Virus record (IMG/VR): IMGVR_UViG_3300042516_003202
Direction: 5' to 3' (one strand)
Origin: a virus
DNA length: 64,000 nucleotides
Part shown: in pieces, positions 47,780 through 58,239 of the stretch
Layout: the number at the start of each line of letters is the position of its first letter
How positions within the stretch are numbered: position 1 is the first letter of the stretch
Notes under the pieces: model-generated
The model's database searches: none
Told to the model about the DNA's origin: nothing
What the model saw: the letters and a program-made list of their open reading frames with translations, nothing else
Translations under genes and position numbers: made by a program

Positions 47780-47808
47780 ATTATACTATACTATCTATTA
47801 TAGTTCAA
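47780..47808 (-). promoter_or_regulatory. Sigma70-type promoter for the glycan/RLP operon
   Basis: TTGAAC-N17-TATAAT, about 22 nt upstream of the ATG at 47758. Confidence 0.7.
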
Positions 47809-48032
47809 ACGGGATAGATTTGTTCGATCAAAATCCAATTTAAATTTAAAATATTGACATAATCGACGAGTTCTTGCCCACTCAACTTGTCAATTTCAAC
47901 ACAGTTTTCTAGATGAAAATTAGATCCGCAAATATAACGATAAATTTGCCCATCAGAAGATTGTTTTTCAAACAACACTTTGATATTTCCAATTCCATCT
48001 GTGATATTAATTTCTTTAATTTCCTTTACCAT
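47805..48032 (-). CDS. Hypothetical protein (75 aa)
   Basis: ORF follows 48034..48573 with a 1-nt gap. Confidence 0.5.
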   Translation of the reverse strand: MVKEIKEINITDGIGNIKVLFEKQSSDGQIYRYICGSNFHLENCVEIDKLSGQELVDYVNILNLNWILIEQIYPV

Positions 48033-48033
48033 T

Positions 48034-48573
48034 TTATGACAATGTAATTGTAGCAGATCTTACAACTCCGTCAGAACCTCTTCCTCTTATAGTTAATGTT
48101 GTATTACTTGTAAATTCAAATACAAGATCCCCATTTTTACTTGGAGTTACTGAAGTTCCGGGAGTTATTTGAATAGCACCAGTAACATCTAATTTTTTAG
48201 CAGGTATTGATGATCCAATGCCAACATTAAACGTTGAATTATCAAAATTAAAAAATTGAGCACCAGTTTGAATTCCACCATTATTATACTGCACCTGTCC
48301 AGTAATTCCAAACGCAGGAACATTAGACATCTGGGAACAATCACCATAATATGTTGTGGCAGTAATTGTTTGTGTCACATTTACACTACCAACAACAGAA
48401 AGTTTTGACTGTGGATTTGTGCTTCCTATACCAACATTTCCAGAAACATAAGCGCCTCCAGAAACTTGAAGTCCTTGAGATGCAGTTCCAGTAGAAACTG
48501 CAGTTCCAACTAATGATTGATTATCTACGATTAAAGAACCATATACTCTAGTTCCGTCTCTTAATTTTGCCAT
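48034..48573 (-). CDS. Short tail-fibre-like protein
   Basis: MAKLRDGTRVYG...NVGIGSTNPQSKL.V...GQVQYN.GG...NVGIGSSIP.KKLDV, typical fibre repeats; TAATG overlap with the upstream gene. Confidence 0.65.
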   Translation of the reverse strand: MAKLRDGTRVYGSLIVDNQSLVGTAVSTGTASQGLQVSGGAYVSGNVGIGSTNPQSKLSVVGSVNVTQTITATTYYGDCSQMSNVPAFGITGQVQYNNGGIQTGAQFFNFDNSTFNVGIGSSIPAKKLDVTGAIQITPGTSVTPSKNGDLVFEFTSNTTLTIRGRGSDGVVRSATITLS

Positions 48574-51500
48574 TATGCTTGAGCCTCCGTCCAAGAAAGT
48601 CTTCCAAACACAGCAACCTGTGTTCCAGTCAAGTTTGTAACAACAATCGTAACAGTGTCTGGTCCATCTGGATAAATTTCAGTATTAGAGTTTGTACCGC
48701 CACCACCAAGAATACTATTTCCCAAATCACGAAGTTGTGAAAAATCAACACTTTGAGCGCCAGCACCTACGAAGAATCCACCTACAACTTCACCACCAGA
48801 AACTGTAGTTCCACCGCCAGTACTATAGTCGGCAATTTGTGCTAAACTTGAATTAGAAATTGATGTTACATTTCCAACAGCATTAGTCCAAGGAGTTGAC
48901 GTTGAAGGTAAAGCATTCAAATATACTCTCACCAAAAGTGACGAATTTCCAAATGCCTGAGAAGAAATATCAAGTTGTCGAAGAACCAACTGCATTCGGT
49001 TGATAAGTTCTCTAGCACCAAAATTACCTCCAATACTATTATCAACGGATGGAGCAACTCTAATTGAAAATAGTGCCCTAGTTCCGTTAGAAGGAATTGT
49101 AACACCAGCGACTTGACCATAAGTAAAGACTAAAGATTTATCATCATCAAATCTACCATCCATAATCACACTTGTTCCCCAGTGTGATATTGTTGGAGCA
49201 AATGATGGATAAGCAAGTTCAACAGCAACTGGATCAGTATCAGAATATGTAAAAGTTTGTCCAGATGAAGCACCCATGGGGGCAAAAACAGCAGAAACCG
49301 ATCCACTGGACGATGCCGCTTGACTTAATCTGACATTACCAGATCCAATACTTGTCACAAAAGATCCATCCGGAATAGCAGTTGAAACAACCCTTTGCCC
49401 GACTTGAATAGCAGTTGTTACTGCCGTAGCAACATTTGATCCTTGATTAACAGTAACATTGATTGATGATCCAGCTTGTGCTCTTGTCAACCCAGTAAAA
49501 CTAGTTGTACCAATTCCACTATAATTAACATATTCATAAACATTAGCATTCCGTATACATAAAGTTCCAGTGCTTGGAAATCCAGATGTGCTTTGAACAA
49601 ATAATGTAGATCCACCAGAAGCAAGAGTTTGAGTAAGAATACTTTTTGGTGGTTCTATAATACTTTCATATCTGGCAGGTAAATTACCAGATCTCATATA
49701 AGCTTCAGTATTAACATTGTTGTTTGCTAGTTTGTGGCAATAGAATACGTTTCCGTCAGCACCACGAAATCCCCATCTAACAAAACCAGCACCATACCAA
49801 GAATAATCAATATAAAACATCTGCATCCTTGCAAGATCAATAGTAAATCCAGAAGGTCCAGTTCCATCACATTTATCAATATTCCATTCTGATTGTGGAA
49901 TTTTTAAATCTTCAGTTAAAGAAACAATGGCATAACTAGCAGTTGCTCCACGATATGATGGAGATATTGTTAAAGAAGTGTCGCTTGCTATATCATAAAC
50001 TCTATATGATTGTCCTCTTATAACAATAAAATCTCCGGGTCTTAATTGTTTTGTAAAAAATGTTGGAAAAGAACTGTTTGTTTGAGTAATTGTATTTGAT
50101 CCATTCGTAACAGTTACTTTACCAGATAGTTGGAAAGTTGATTTACGTCTACAAGCATATAATTGCTGCCCATCATATTCAAAGTAAACACCATTTTGAG
50201 AATCAAATAATCCAAGGCGATTTGAAGCACCATACCATCCAGTAACACTTACATAATATAATCCACCTGCCGGGGAAGAAGTTGGAGATGAAAGTGCGGT
50301 ATATTCAAATGTATTGTTTCCAGTAATGCTAGTAACTACAAAAGTTCCATTATATGCATCTGGTGTTGCTCCACTTACAACAATTGTAGTTCCTGGAAGA
50401 ATATTATGCTTTTCTTTTGTTTGAACCGTAACTGTACTTCCACTGGCAGTCATATTATCAACTTGTAAGTTTGGTTTGATTATGGTTCCAGAACTAACCA
50501 TAATACCCTTACCAGATTGATATCTAAAATATCTTCTAGTTTGTCTTAATGCCGATTCATAATTAGCATTACCATTACTTGTAAAAATAACTCCACCATC
50601 AAAAGGACGATGTAAAAATTGTGCTTGGGGTCTTACATAAATTCTTGCGGAACCAAATGATAGACCAGAGGGAGTTGCATTAGCATAATAAACAAATTGA
50701 GTTGCGCTTAATATCGTAACAACAACAAAAGATCCATTAGGAGGATTTGTTCCTGTGATTCCAGTAACAGCAATTTCATTACCAATTGCTAATCCATGAG
50801 GAACACTTGTCGTAACAGTTACAGCATTTCCACTTGTTGTAATTGAAGTTGGTGCGGTTCCTATTGATGCAGATGTATATAAATCTCCAGCATAAATTAA
50901 AGTTTTATTTGTATCAAAAATACTCGTAATTGCTGTGGTATTAACTGCACTTGCACTATAAGTAAATGTGTTAGTTCCGCCACCACCTTCAATTAAAAAG
51001 TTTCCGTTTGCAATTGTAAGAAAAGTATCTAATACATTAATTGGAGTTCCATTTGCTGGTGCAGTTCCACTAGATAATACTACAGTAACAGTTCTGGAAG
51101 AAGTGTTTAAAGTAATAGAACTTACGACAAGTGGATTTGGTCTTTGATATGCAAAAGGACGATTATTAATCAATCCAAGATTTTCCCATTTTGTAGTTTG
51201 AGTTCCATATTCAAAGTCAGTATCAATAAGAGCCTGTGGTTGAGAAACTCTTAATTTATTAACTGGATCGGTATATGTTTCTGCTGGTGTAAACTTTTCA
51301 TCATACTCATCAATTACAATTTGTATTTTGTCAGAACTGCCCATTCCAGCAGTATTATACTCAAAATAAATTGTAGTTGTTGTGTTTGTTCCAGATGTTG
51401 TAATACTGTAAGAAGCTGCTTTTAAATTTGGATCTGAAAAATTATAAATTACAGTATTTCTAGTTACGTTTGTAATTAAAATTAAATTTTCTCTTTTAAT

Positions 51501-51584
51501 TGCCTTTGGTATGACAAGATAACCAGCTCCAGGTGCTCCTGGAGTAAAAGTATAAGCGGTTTCTAATATAACCTTTCTCGCCAT
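48573..51584 (-). CDS. Large virion structural protein (1003 aa)
   Basis: LILITNVTRN..IYNF.DP...KLRVSQPQALIDTDFEYGTQ.TKWE...RQTRRYFRYQSGKG...IDYSWYGAG.VRWG, a conserved cyanophage structural pattern; late promoter upstream. Confidence 0.7.
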   Translation of the reverse strand: MARKVILETAYTFTPGAPGAGYLVIPKAIKRENLILITNVTRNTVIYNFSDPNLKAASYSITTSGTNTTTTIYFEYNTAGMGSSDKIQIVIDEYDEKFTPAETYTDPVNKLRVSQPQALIDTDFEYGTQTTKWENLGLINNRPFAYQRPNPLVVSSITLNTSSRTVTVVLSSGTAPANGTPINVLDTFLTIANGNFLIEGGGGTNTFTYSASAVNTTAITSIFDTNKTLIYAGDLYTSASIGTAPTSITTSGNAVTVTTSVPHGLAIGNEIAVTGITGTNPPNGSFVVVTILSATQFVYYANATPSGLSFGSARIYVRPQAQFLHRPFDGGVIFTSNGNANYESALRQTRRYFRYQSGKGIMVSSGTIIKPNLQVDNMTASGSTVTVQTKEKHNILPGTTIVVSGATPDAYNGTFVVTSITGNNTFEYTALSSPTSSPAGGLYYVSVTGWYGASNRLGLFDSQNGVYFEYDGQQLYACRRKSTFQLSGKVTVTNGSNTITQTNSSFPTFFTKQLRPGDFIVIRGQSYRVYDIASDTSLTISPSYRGATASYAIVSLTEDLKIPQSEWNIDKCDGTGPSGFTIDLARMQMFYIDYSWYGAGFVRWGFRGADGNVFYCHKLANNNVNTEAYMRSGNLPARYESIIEPPKSILTQTLASGGSTLFVQSTSGFPSTGTLCIRNANVYEYVNYSGIGTTSFTGLTRAQAGSSINVTVNQGSNVATAVTTAIQVGQRVVSTAIPDGSFVTSIGSGNVRLSQAASSSGSVSAVFAPMGASSGQTFTYSDTDPVAVELAYPSFAPTISHWGTSVIMDGRFDDDKSLVFTYGQVAGVTIPSNGTRALFSIRVAPSVDNSIGGNFGARELINRMQLVLRQLDISSQAFGNSSLLVRVYLNALPSTSTPWTNAVGNVTSISNSSLAQIADYSTGGGTTVSGGEVVGGFFVGAGAQSVDFSQLRDLGNSILGGGGTNSNTEIYPDGPDTVTIVVTNLTGTQVAVFGRLSWTEAQA

Positions 51585-51605
51585 GATTAATAATAGACTT
51601 TAGAT

Positions 51606-51613
51606 TATTTATA
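51606..51613 (-). promoter_or_regulatory. T4 late promoter, exact TATAAATA
   Basis: Plus-strand tatttata, 22 nt upstream of the ATG at 51584. Confidence 0.8.
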
Positions 51614-51615
51614 GT

Positions 51616-52683
51616 TTAGATTTTAGTTATAGTTAAATATCCATGTCCAGAGTTATAAGCAATTATGGAGATTGATGCCTGAGAGTAACTTCCACCACCT
51701 CCACCATTTTTGATGCTTGGTAGATAAGAACCACCACCTCCACCACTATATCCTCCTCCTCCACCACCACCATATCCATTAGGTCCCCAACATCCTCCTC
51801 CACCACCGAACCCACCATAAGCTCCTGGAGAACTGTCACCACCAGCGCCACCATTAACAAATGACGCTCCTCCACCACCATAAGCACCACCATTAGAAGA
51901 ATCATTTCCATTACCATTAAATCCACCACCACCAGCACTGTAAAAAGAACCTCCACCACCAGACCCATTACTACCACCAAATCCACCTTGATCACCAGAT
52001 ACTCCACTAGTACCAGATTGACCTAAAGATCCAGAAGCATAAGAAGAATTTCCACTGTCTGCACCACCAGCACCACCAGCAACAATAATTGGCGTGTTAG
52101 TTGCAGTAGTCATAAAAGTTCCTCCTCCACCACCACTAGCATAAAGAAAGTAACTAGCATAAACGGTTCCCATCTGCCCAACTAATATCTTATATTGCTG
52201 CCCTTTAGTCAATGCTATTGTGGATTCAATTATTATACCTCGGTATGATCCTGAAGAATTACTATTATGACTAGCAGCACCAGCAGCACGAATAACATAA
52301 TTTCCAGTAGAAGGTGCTGTCCAATACTGAATTCCAGAACTTACTGAAAAATAAGTCGAGTACCAAGGTTGCGAGGTATAACTTGAAACTGATGCAAATG
52401 AAGTTGGACCAAATCTCCCAGTTGCTCCTCCATTTGTGAATGTAAAAGACGTAAATGGATATAAATCCCCTTGAATTTCTTGCTGAGAAGTATCGTTTAC
52501 GGTTATAAGTCTTGAAGTTGCAACAATAGGTCCATTAGAACTTCCTGTTCTCAAATTTACATAGAACGTTTCTCTTCCTTCTCTAAATCCATCCAAAGAT
52601 AAAGTTTTTATAAAAGATCCTGTTCCTCCAGAAACAGAGACAGTTCCAGTTAGAGATTGATCTGTAAAATCAGTTGCAAACAT
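51616..52683 (-). CDS. Glycine-rich putative adhesin: partial Calx-beta-like domain plus ALK/LTK-type Gly-rich domain
   Basis: GIQYWTAPSTGNYVIRAAGAA...LTKGQQYKILVGQMG...GGGGGTFM...PIIVAGGAGG...GGFGGGGGC...GGGGGGYSGG...GHGYLTITK. Confidence 0.8.
   Translation of the reverse strand: MFATDFTDQSLTGTVSVSGGTGSFIKTLSLDGFREGRETFYVNLRTGSSNGPIVATSRLITVNDTSQQEIQGDLYPFTSFTFTNGGATGRFGPTSFASVSSYTSQPWYSTYFSVSSGIQYWTAPSTGNYVIRAAGAASHNSNSSGSYRGIIIESTIALTKGQQYKILVGQMGTVYASYFLYASGGGGGTFMTTATNTPIIVAGGAGGADSGNSSYASGSLGQSGTSGVSGDQGGFGGSNGSGGGGSFYSAGGGGFNGNGNDSSNGGAYGGGGASFVNGGAGGDSSPGAYGGFGGGGGCWGPNGYGGGGGGGYSGGGGGSYLPSIKNGGGGGSYSQASISIIAYNSGHGYLTITKI
52321..52446. repeat. 126-bp near-identical dispersed repeat, copy 2 (copy 1 at 560..685)
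   Basis: 124/126 identity by eye. Confidence 0.9.
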
Positions 52684-52691
52684 AATAGTTT

Positions 52692-54251
52692 CTAAGAAAG
52701 ATAAAAGAACCCAGATGCACCAGTAAGTCCATTACCATTATTAACACTAATATCAGTTGTATAATTTACATTTCCACTATTACTACTTATATTTCCACCA
52801 AAAGATACTTTAAAATATGCATTATTATAAAATCCTCTTATATTAAAAAGACTTATTCCACTAAAACTCATAGAATATGGATCACAACAATTTTCAGAAT
52901 TTCCAGAAATTGGATGGACACCAAAAAATCCACCGTTAAATATATAATCCACATCAGATAAAACAGTAAAATTTTCTGCCAACATCGTAAAAGAATAGTT
53001 TATATTTTGATTATTAAAACTAAAAAATGAAGAAGGCCATGTCACAGGAAAACGAATTGATTTATTTCCATCTGGGGCAGCAACAACAGAAAGAGTTCTA
53101 GTTGTACCAGACTGCCCTAAAAGAGTTATCGAACTTCCTATAACAGCATTAGCAGTAAATTGAGCATAGGTAGAAAATGCTGCCGGATCAGTTACAGATA
53201 TTGGTGGACTTGTTCCGATAACGGTTCCATTAATACCTCCACTCCTAACTTTCAAAACAAAAGATTCAGTTCCTTCAGAAGATCCATCAGATACCACAGT
53301 TTTTGTAATTTGAGCAGTTCCATTATTATAAGAAAAAGATCCAGATAAAAGACCATCACTAAAATCTGCAGAAGTTATAGTTCCAGTTATACCCTCTATA
53401 GTATAGTAAAGAGTTCCACTATTACTATTAACACTAATAGTAAAAGTTACCAAATTACCCTCAGTTAAAGATTCTGGAGATGCAGTAACAGTTGCAGTTA
53501 ATGAAGTATTCAAAATTTTTATTCTTGGACTCGTTGCTAAAATTGACCCATATGGTGTTCCGCTAGAATTTGCATATCTGACACTCAAATCAAAAAATTC
53601 TTCAGTTTCTATAACAGGACTATTATAATCCTCAGCAACAGTTTTTGATATAAAAGTTGATCCAAAACTTACAGTTGCAATTCCAGTCAAACTATTGTCT
53701 GTAAAATCAGAACTACTAATTCCAATCCCAGAAATACTATAATGTATTGTTGTTCCTGTTGAAATATTAGTTGCATCAATATTAAAAATTACAGTATTAC
53801 CTTCATTTACAGATTCACTATTTGGCGTAATAGTAATCACTTCGGGAGATACTATTTCATAATAAAGAGTAGTATTTGGATCATTAGATGTAAAAACATC
53901 AAATGCAATTGATTCACCCTCATTAACTGTAGATTTTAATGGTATGATTGCATATATTGGTAAAAAAGAAATCTCATCTATTTCATTATAAAGATCAACT
54001 TCTCCAGAATTATTTCGACGCATAAATGTCCCATTTCCTGGATTATTTGTCACATCACAAAAATTTAAATCACGCTGATTGAAAGGTTTAAACACATTTG
54101 CATGTAAAGTAGTTCCAATTCCAACATTCTCATTAAATGAGTTTGAATAGTATGTACCAAACCCAGTTATTTTAACACCAGAATTAGAGACCTCATCAAA
54201 TTCAGATGCTATAATTGTTCCGTATTGTGTCAATCTTGCTACTGTATTCAT
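52692..54251 (-). CDS. Virion protein with Calx-beta/Ig-like repeats (519 aa)
   Basis: Repeats of SVNEG..V.F.I......GT.YY.I.G...S.DF.D..L.G...KTV..D...E..E.F. Confidence 0.65.
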   Translation of the reverse strand: MNTVARLTQYGTIIASEFDEVSNSGVKITGFGTYYSNSFNENVGIGTTLHANVFKPFNQRDLNFCDVTNNPGNGTFMRRNNSGEVDLYNEIDEISFLPIYAIIPLKSTVNEGESIAFDVFTSNDPNTTLYYEIVSPEVITITPNSESVNEGNTVIFNIDATNISTGTTIHYSISGIGISSSDFTDNSLTGIATVSFGSTFISKTVAEDYNSPVIETEEFFDLSVRYANSSGTPYGSILATSPRIKILNTSLTATVTASPESLTEGNLVTFTISVNSNSGTLYYTIEGITGTITSADFSDGLLSGSFSYNNGTAQITKTVVSDGSSEGTESFVLKVRSGGINGTVIGTSPPISVTDPAAFSTYAQFTANAVIGSSITLLGQSGTTRTLSVVAAPDGNKSIRFPVTWPSSFFSFNNQNINYSFTMLAENFTVLSDVDYIFNGGFFGVHPISGNSENCCDPYSMSFSGISLFNIRGFYNNAYFKVSFGGNISSNSGNVNYTTDISVNNGNGLTGASGFFYLS

Positions 54252-54254
54252 ACT

Positions 54255-54977
54255 TTATCCAGATATAAAATCTAAACTATCAGTTGAAGAATTATATTGA
54301 ATGTAATAATTTGTAGTTCCAGAAGTTCCACCAAATCTTACTTTGTTTGCAGATTTAACTCTTACATCCCCCTCAACATCAACAGTAAAAGATGGTAAAG
54401 TTGTTGTTCCTATTCCAATTCTACTTGTTGATGCATCAAAAGTTAAATTTGGATTAGTTCTTAAAGTTGCAATTCCTGGACTTGTAGGATCTGCAACAAA
54501 TAATATATTAGTAGTAGAATCTGAAATATCACTCTGCACTTCAATTACTGTACCACCACCTCCACCAGCACCAGCAATACCTTGTGTTCCTTGACCAGCA
54601 TAAAGACCAGTTAATCCTTGAAGACCTTGTAATCCTTGAATGCCAGTAGGTCCTTCAGTTCCTTGAAATCCTCTAGAACCTTGAACACCTTGATTACTTA
54701 AACCCTGAACACCTTGATAACCAACGTCGCCCTGTAGTCCTTGAAGTCCCTGAGTACCTTGTGTTGCCTGAACACCTTGAACTCCCTGAACACCTTGAAC
54801 TCCCTGAACACCTTGAACTCCCTGAACACCTTGTATACCAATAACACCTTGAAGTCCTTGGATTCCAGCAATAACATTTGGAATTAATTTCCAGGCAGAT
54901 CCAGTCCACTCCCAAGTTTTATTTCCTATGGAAGTTGTTATACCAATTGTTGGAGATGATGGAAAATCTAATGCCAT
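54255..54977 (-). CDS. Short collagen-like fibre protein (240 aa)
   Basis: MALDFPSSP...[10 protein letters not shown], then a G-X-Q tract, then [14 protein letters not shown]. Confidence 0.75.
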   Translation of the reverse strand: MALDFPSSPTIGITTSIGNKTWEWTGSAWKLIPNVIAGIQGLQGVIGIQGVQGVQGVQGVQGVQGVQGVQATQGTQGLQGLQGDVGYQGVQGLSNQGVQGSRGFQGTEGPTGIQGLQGLQGLTGLYAGQGTQGIAGAGGGGGTVIEVQSDISDSTTNILFVADPTSPGIATLRTNPNLTFDASTSRIGIGTTTLPSFTVDVEGDVRVKSANKVRFGGTSGTTNYYIQYNSSTDSLDFISG

Positions 54978-54993
54978 TTTTATTTAATCCTAA

Positions 54994-57900
54994 TTAGAAA
55001 TTAAAATCATACTGATAAACTATATCGTTATTAGTACCAACGACATACAACCTATCAAGATTTTGAGAGAAAGTTAATCCTTCTCCTGTTATTTCATTAG
55101 AAACGATTGATATATTTTTATTTGCAGATGTTCCTGTTGATATGTCAAATGGTGTTGATAAATTAAATTGATATACTCTATCATTTGTTTGATCTATAGT
55201 ATACATTTTTGTTCCGGTTTTATTAATGAATAAATCTCTAGCGTCTGGAGAAGTTGCATTAATATTTAAAGATTTAGATTCATAAGAAAAAGACCCTAAA
55301 TTAAATGGAGTTGATAAACTATATTGATATATCGTATCATTAGCACCAATAATATAAACCTTAGATCCATCATATGACATAGTATGACCATATGAAGTTG
55401 CTTCTTGACTTATAGATCTATAACCAACATTCATCGTATCAAGAATCCATGGTGTTGTCATATCCATTTGATAAATTGTATCATTTCCAGCCCCGATAAC
55501 ATATATTTTAGTTCCATCTGCACTAATTAACAAAGATCTAGGACTTGTTTCGATATGTGTAATACTACCATTATGATTATGAGATTGTTGGGTTAGAGTT
55601 CCACTTCCTAAATCCCAAGGAACAGATAAAGTATATTCATAAATTCTATCGCCACTATCTCCAATTATATACATCCTGGTTCCATCAGGTTTAAATGCAA
55701 TTCCTTCCGGTATAGCATCAGGAGAGGTAATACTTGCGGATGTTGAGGATAAAGCACATATATTCCAAGCATTTGCAGTCAAAGTAAACTGTGCTATGTA
55801 ATCGGTAAGAGAAATGGCATAAAGAGGGCAAAAGAATCGAGTCCCATCAGTTTTAAATGTAATATCACGAAAAGTCCAAGAAGTACCCCAAATATTTGAT
55901 ATTTGAAAATATCCCATGTTCATACTGTTCATATTCCAAGCATCTTCAATTTCATATTGATATATTCTGTCATTACCATCACCAATAACATACACACGAG
56001 TACCGTTATCATTAAAATGCATCCCAGTTGGAGATACCTCCTGTATTCCAATATAAGTGGCATTTTGCAATGTATCTTGAGTAGCAGTTGAAAGACTCCA
56101 TGGAGTACTTAATGTATATTGATAAATTTTATCATTCGTAGATCCCAAAACATATAATTTAGTTCCATCAGGTTTAAATGATATTGAATGAGGCTCAGTA
56201 TCAGGAGAAGTAAGCACAGTTTGATAAACTGCGGTAGAAATATTCCAAGCAACGCCTAAATTATACTGCTCAATATAATCTGTTGAACCTGAATTATATT
56301 GGACAGTATACATTTTAGTCCCATCAGTACTAAAAGCAACATCTCTAGGTTCCCAACTAGAACTAAGTCCCAAATTCACAGGAACATAACCGACGTTCAT
56401 TGTACTAGTCGTATATGCAGTGCTTACAGTATATTGATATATTCTATCAGTACTATCCCCCAAAAGAAAAATTTTAGTCCCATCAGAATTAAAACTTATT
56501 GCTACAAAATTTCCATCCTGCAAAATAGTTGGTCTAACAGTTTGAGCCACTAGTGTTGCACTACTAACTAACCAAGCAGTAGACATACTATATTGATAAA
56601 CAACATCATTTGTTGTTCCGATTATATAAAAAGATGTTCCATCAGCATTAAATGTTAATCCTGTTAAAGTTTCCGTTTGCACTGATATATTGGTTGAACT
56701 AGTTGCAGTGCTTACATCCCATGCAGTACTCAAAGTATATTCGTACACTCTATTGTTCGTATCACCAAGAATGTACATTTTAGTTCCATTAGTTCTAAAA
56801 TATAAATCATTAGGTGCAGTATCTTGACCACTTACAAGAAAACTTTTATTTTCGTAAGATGCAGTGCTAATATCCCATGCGGTACTTAAACTGTATTGAT
56901 ATACTCTATCATTCGTATCACCTATCATGTAAACTTTTGTTCCGTCATCCTTAAATGCAATACCTCTAGGATTAGTATCTTGTGTGGTGACAGAAAAACT
57001 CTTAGATGCATAAGATGCTGTAGATACATCCCAAGCAGTACTTAAAGTATATTGATAAATTGTATCATTGTTTACACCAATGATATAAACTGCTGTCCCA
57101 TCAGATTTAAACGCCATTCCAGTTGGAATTGATTCTTGTGACGATAAAGATATAGATGTGGGAAGTATATTTCTAGCAGTGCTAATATCCCAAGCAGTTG
57201 TTAATTCATATTCAAAGACTCTATCGCTTAATCCATCACATATATACACTTCAGTTCCATCAGGTTTAAAAGTAATTCCTGTAGGATATGAAGTTTGACT
57301 AGTAAGTAAAAAAGATTTACTAGCATAAGTTGCAGTAGAAACATCATATGGAGTAGACAAGGTATATTGATATATTGTATCGTTCCAGTTCCCTACAATA
57401 TACAACTTGGTTCCGGAATCTCCTATGTACATTCCAGTCGGTTGCTGTTCTCCAACTGCTCCAGCACCAGAGAAAACAGGAGATGGAGTTAATAAGTATC
57501 TAGCAGTGCTAATATCCCAAGGCGTAGTGCAAGTAAACTGATACATTCTATTATTAATTCCACCACACAGATAAAATCTAGTTCCATCTGGTTTAAACTC
57601 CATTCCCAGGGGAAAAGAGTCTATTGAACCAACATAATAAGATTTACTAGCATAAGATGCAGTAGAAATATCATATGCTGTAGTTAAAGTATATTGATAT
57701 ATCGTATCATTAGTATTTCCAATTACATAAAGTTTCGTCCCCGAATCCCCAAAGCACATTCCGTTAGGATCATTTTCTTGAGTAGCAACTAAAAAAGTTT
57801 TTACCAAAGGAGGAATTTTAGCAGTTGCAAGATCCCAAGGCGTAGTCATAACATATTGAAGGATCCTATCATTTGTATTTCCAGTAATATAAAGATTTAC

Positions 57901-58239
57901 ACCATCATTACTGATTGATAAACCTTGCCCATTTCCCTCTAGTGAACTAAAGCTAATTGATTTGGATGCATAAGAAGCAGTATTAACTTCAAATGGTGTT
58001 GTTAATGTATATTGAAAAACTTGTTGATTTGAAATAACATACATTTTAGTTCCATCAGTACTTATAGCAACTGAATATGGAACACTATTTTGAGTGCTGA
58101 CAGAATAAGATTTATTAGTATAACCATAACGAACAATATCACCAAGTATTACTTCATTACGAACATTATCATCTGGAAAGAAAATACCTTTTAATAATCC
58201 TTGGGGTGTAGTTGGTAAACTTCCACTGATTACTTTCAT
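54994..58239 (-). CDS. Beta-propeller repeat protein (1081 aa, 20 repeats of about 50 aa)
   Basis: Counted 20 copies of PxGxxFxxDGTKxYVxGxxNDxIYQYTLSTxWDxSTA. Confidence 0.8.
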   Translation of the reverse strand: MKVISGSLPTTPQGLLKGIFFPDDNVRNEVILGDIVRYGYTNKSYSVSTQNSVPYSVAISTDGTKMYVISNQQVFQYTLTTPFEVNTASYASKSISFSSLEGNGQGLSISNDGVNLYITGNTNDRILQYVMTTPWDLATAKIPPLVKTFLVATQENDPNGMCFGDSGTKLYVIGNTNDTIYQYTLTTAYDISTASYASKSYYVGSIDSFPLGMEFKPDGTRFYLCGGINNRMYQFTCTTPWDISTARYLLTPSPVFSGAGAVGEQQPTGMYIGDSGTKLYIVGNWNDTIYQYTLSTPYDVSTATYASKSFLLTSQTSYPTGITFKPDGTEVYICDGLSDRVFEYELTTAWDISTARNILPTSISLSSQESIPTGMAFKSDGTAVYIIGVNNDTIYQYTLSTAWDVSTASYASKSFSVTTQDTNPRGIAFKDDGTKVYMIGDTNDRVYQYSLSTAWDISTASYENKSFLVSGQDTAPNDLYFRTNGTKMYILGDTNNRVYEYTLSTAWDVSTATSSTNISVQTETLTGLTFNADGTSFYIIGTTNDVVYQYSMSTAWLVSSATLVAQTVRPTILQDGNFVAISFNSDGTKIFLLGDSTDRIYQYTVSTAYTTSTMNVGYVPVNLGLSSSWEPRDVAFSTDGTKMYTVQYNSGSTDYIEQYNLGVAWNISTAVYQTVLTSPDTEPHSISFKPDGTKLYVLGSTNDKIYQYTLSTPWSLSTATQDTLQNATYIGIQEVSPTGMHFNDNGTRVYVIGDGNDRIYQYEIEDAWNMNSMNMGYFQISNIWGTSWTFRDITFKTDGTRFFCPLYAISLTDYIAQFTLTANAWNICALSSTSASITSPDAIPEGIAFKPDGTRMYIIGDSGDRIYEYTLSVPWDLGSGTLTQQSHNHNGSITHIETSPRSLLISADGTKIYVIGAGNDTIYQMDMTTPWILDTMNVGYRSISQEATSYGHTMSYDGSKVYIIGANDTIYQYSLSTPFNLGSFSYESKSLNINATSPDARDLFINKTGTKMYTIDQTNDRVYQFNLSTPFDISTGTSANKNISIVSNEITGEGLTFSQNLDRLYVVGTNNDIVYQYDFNF

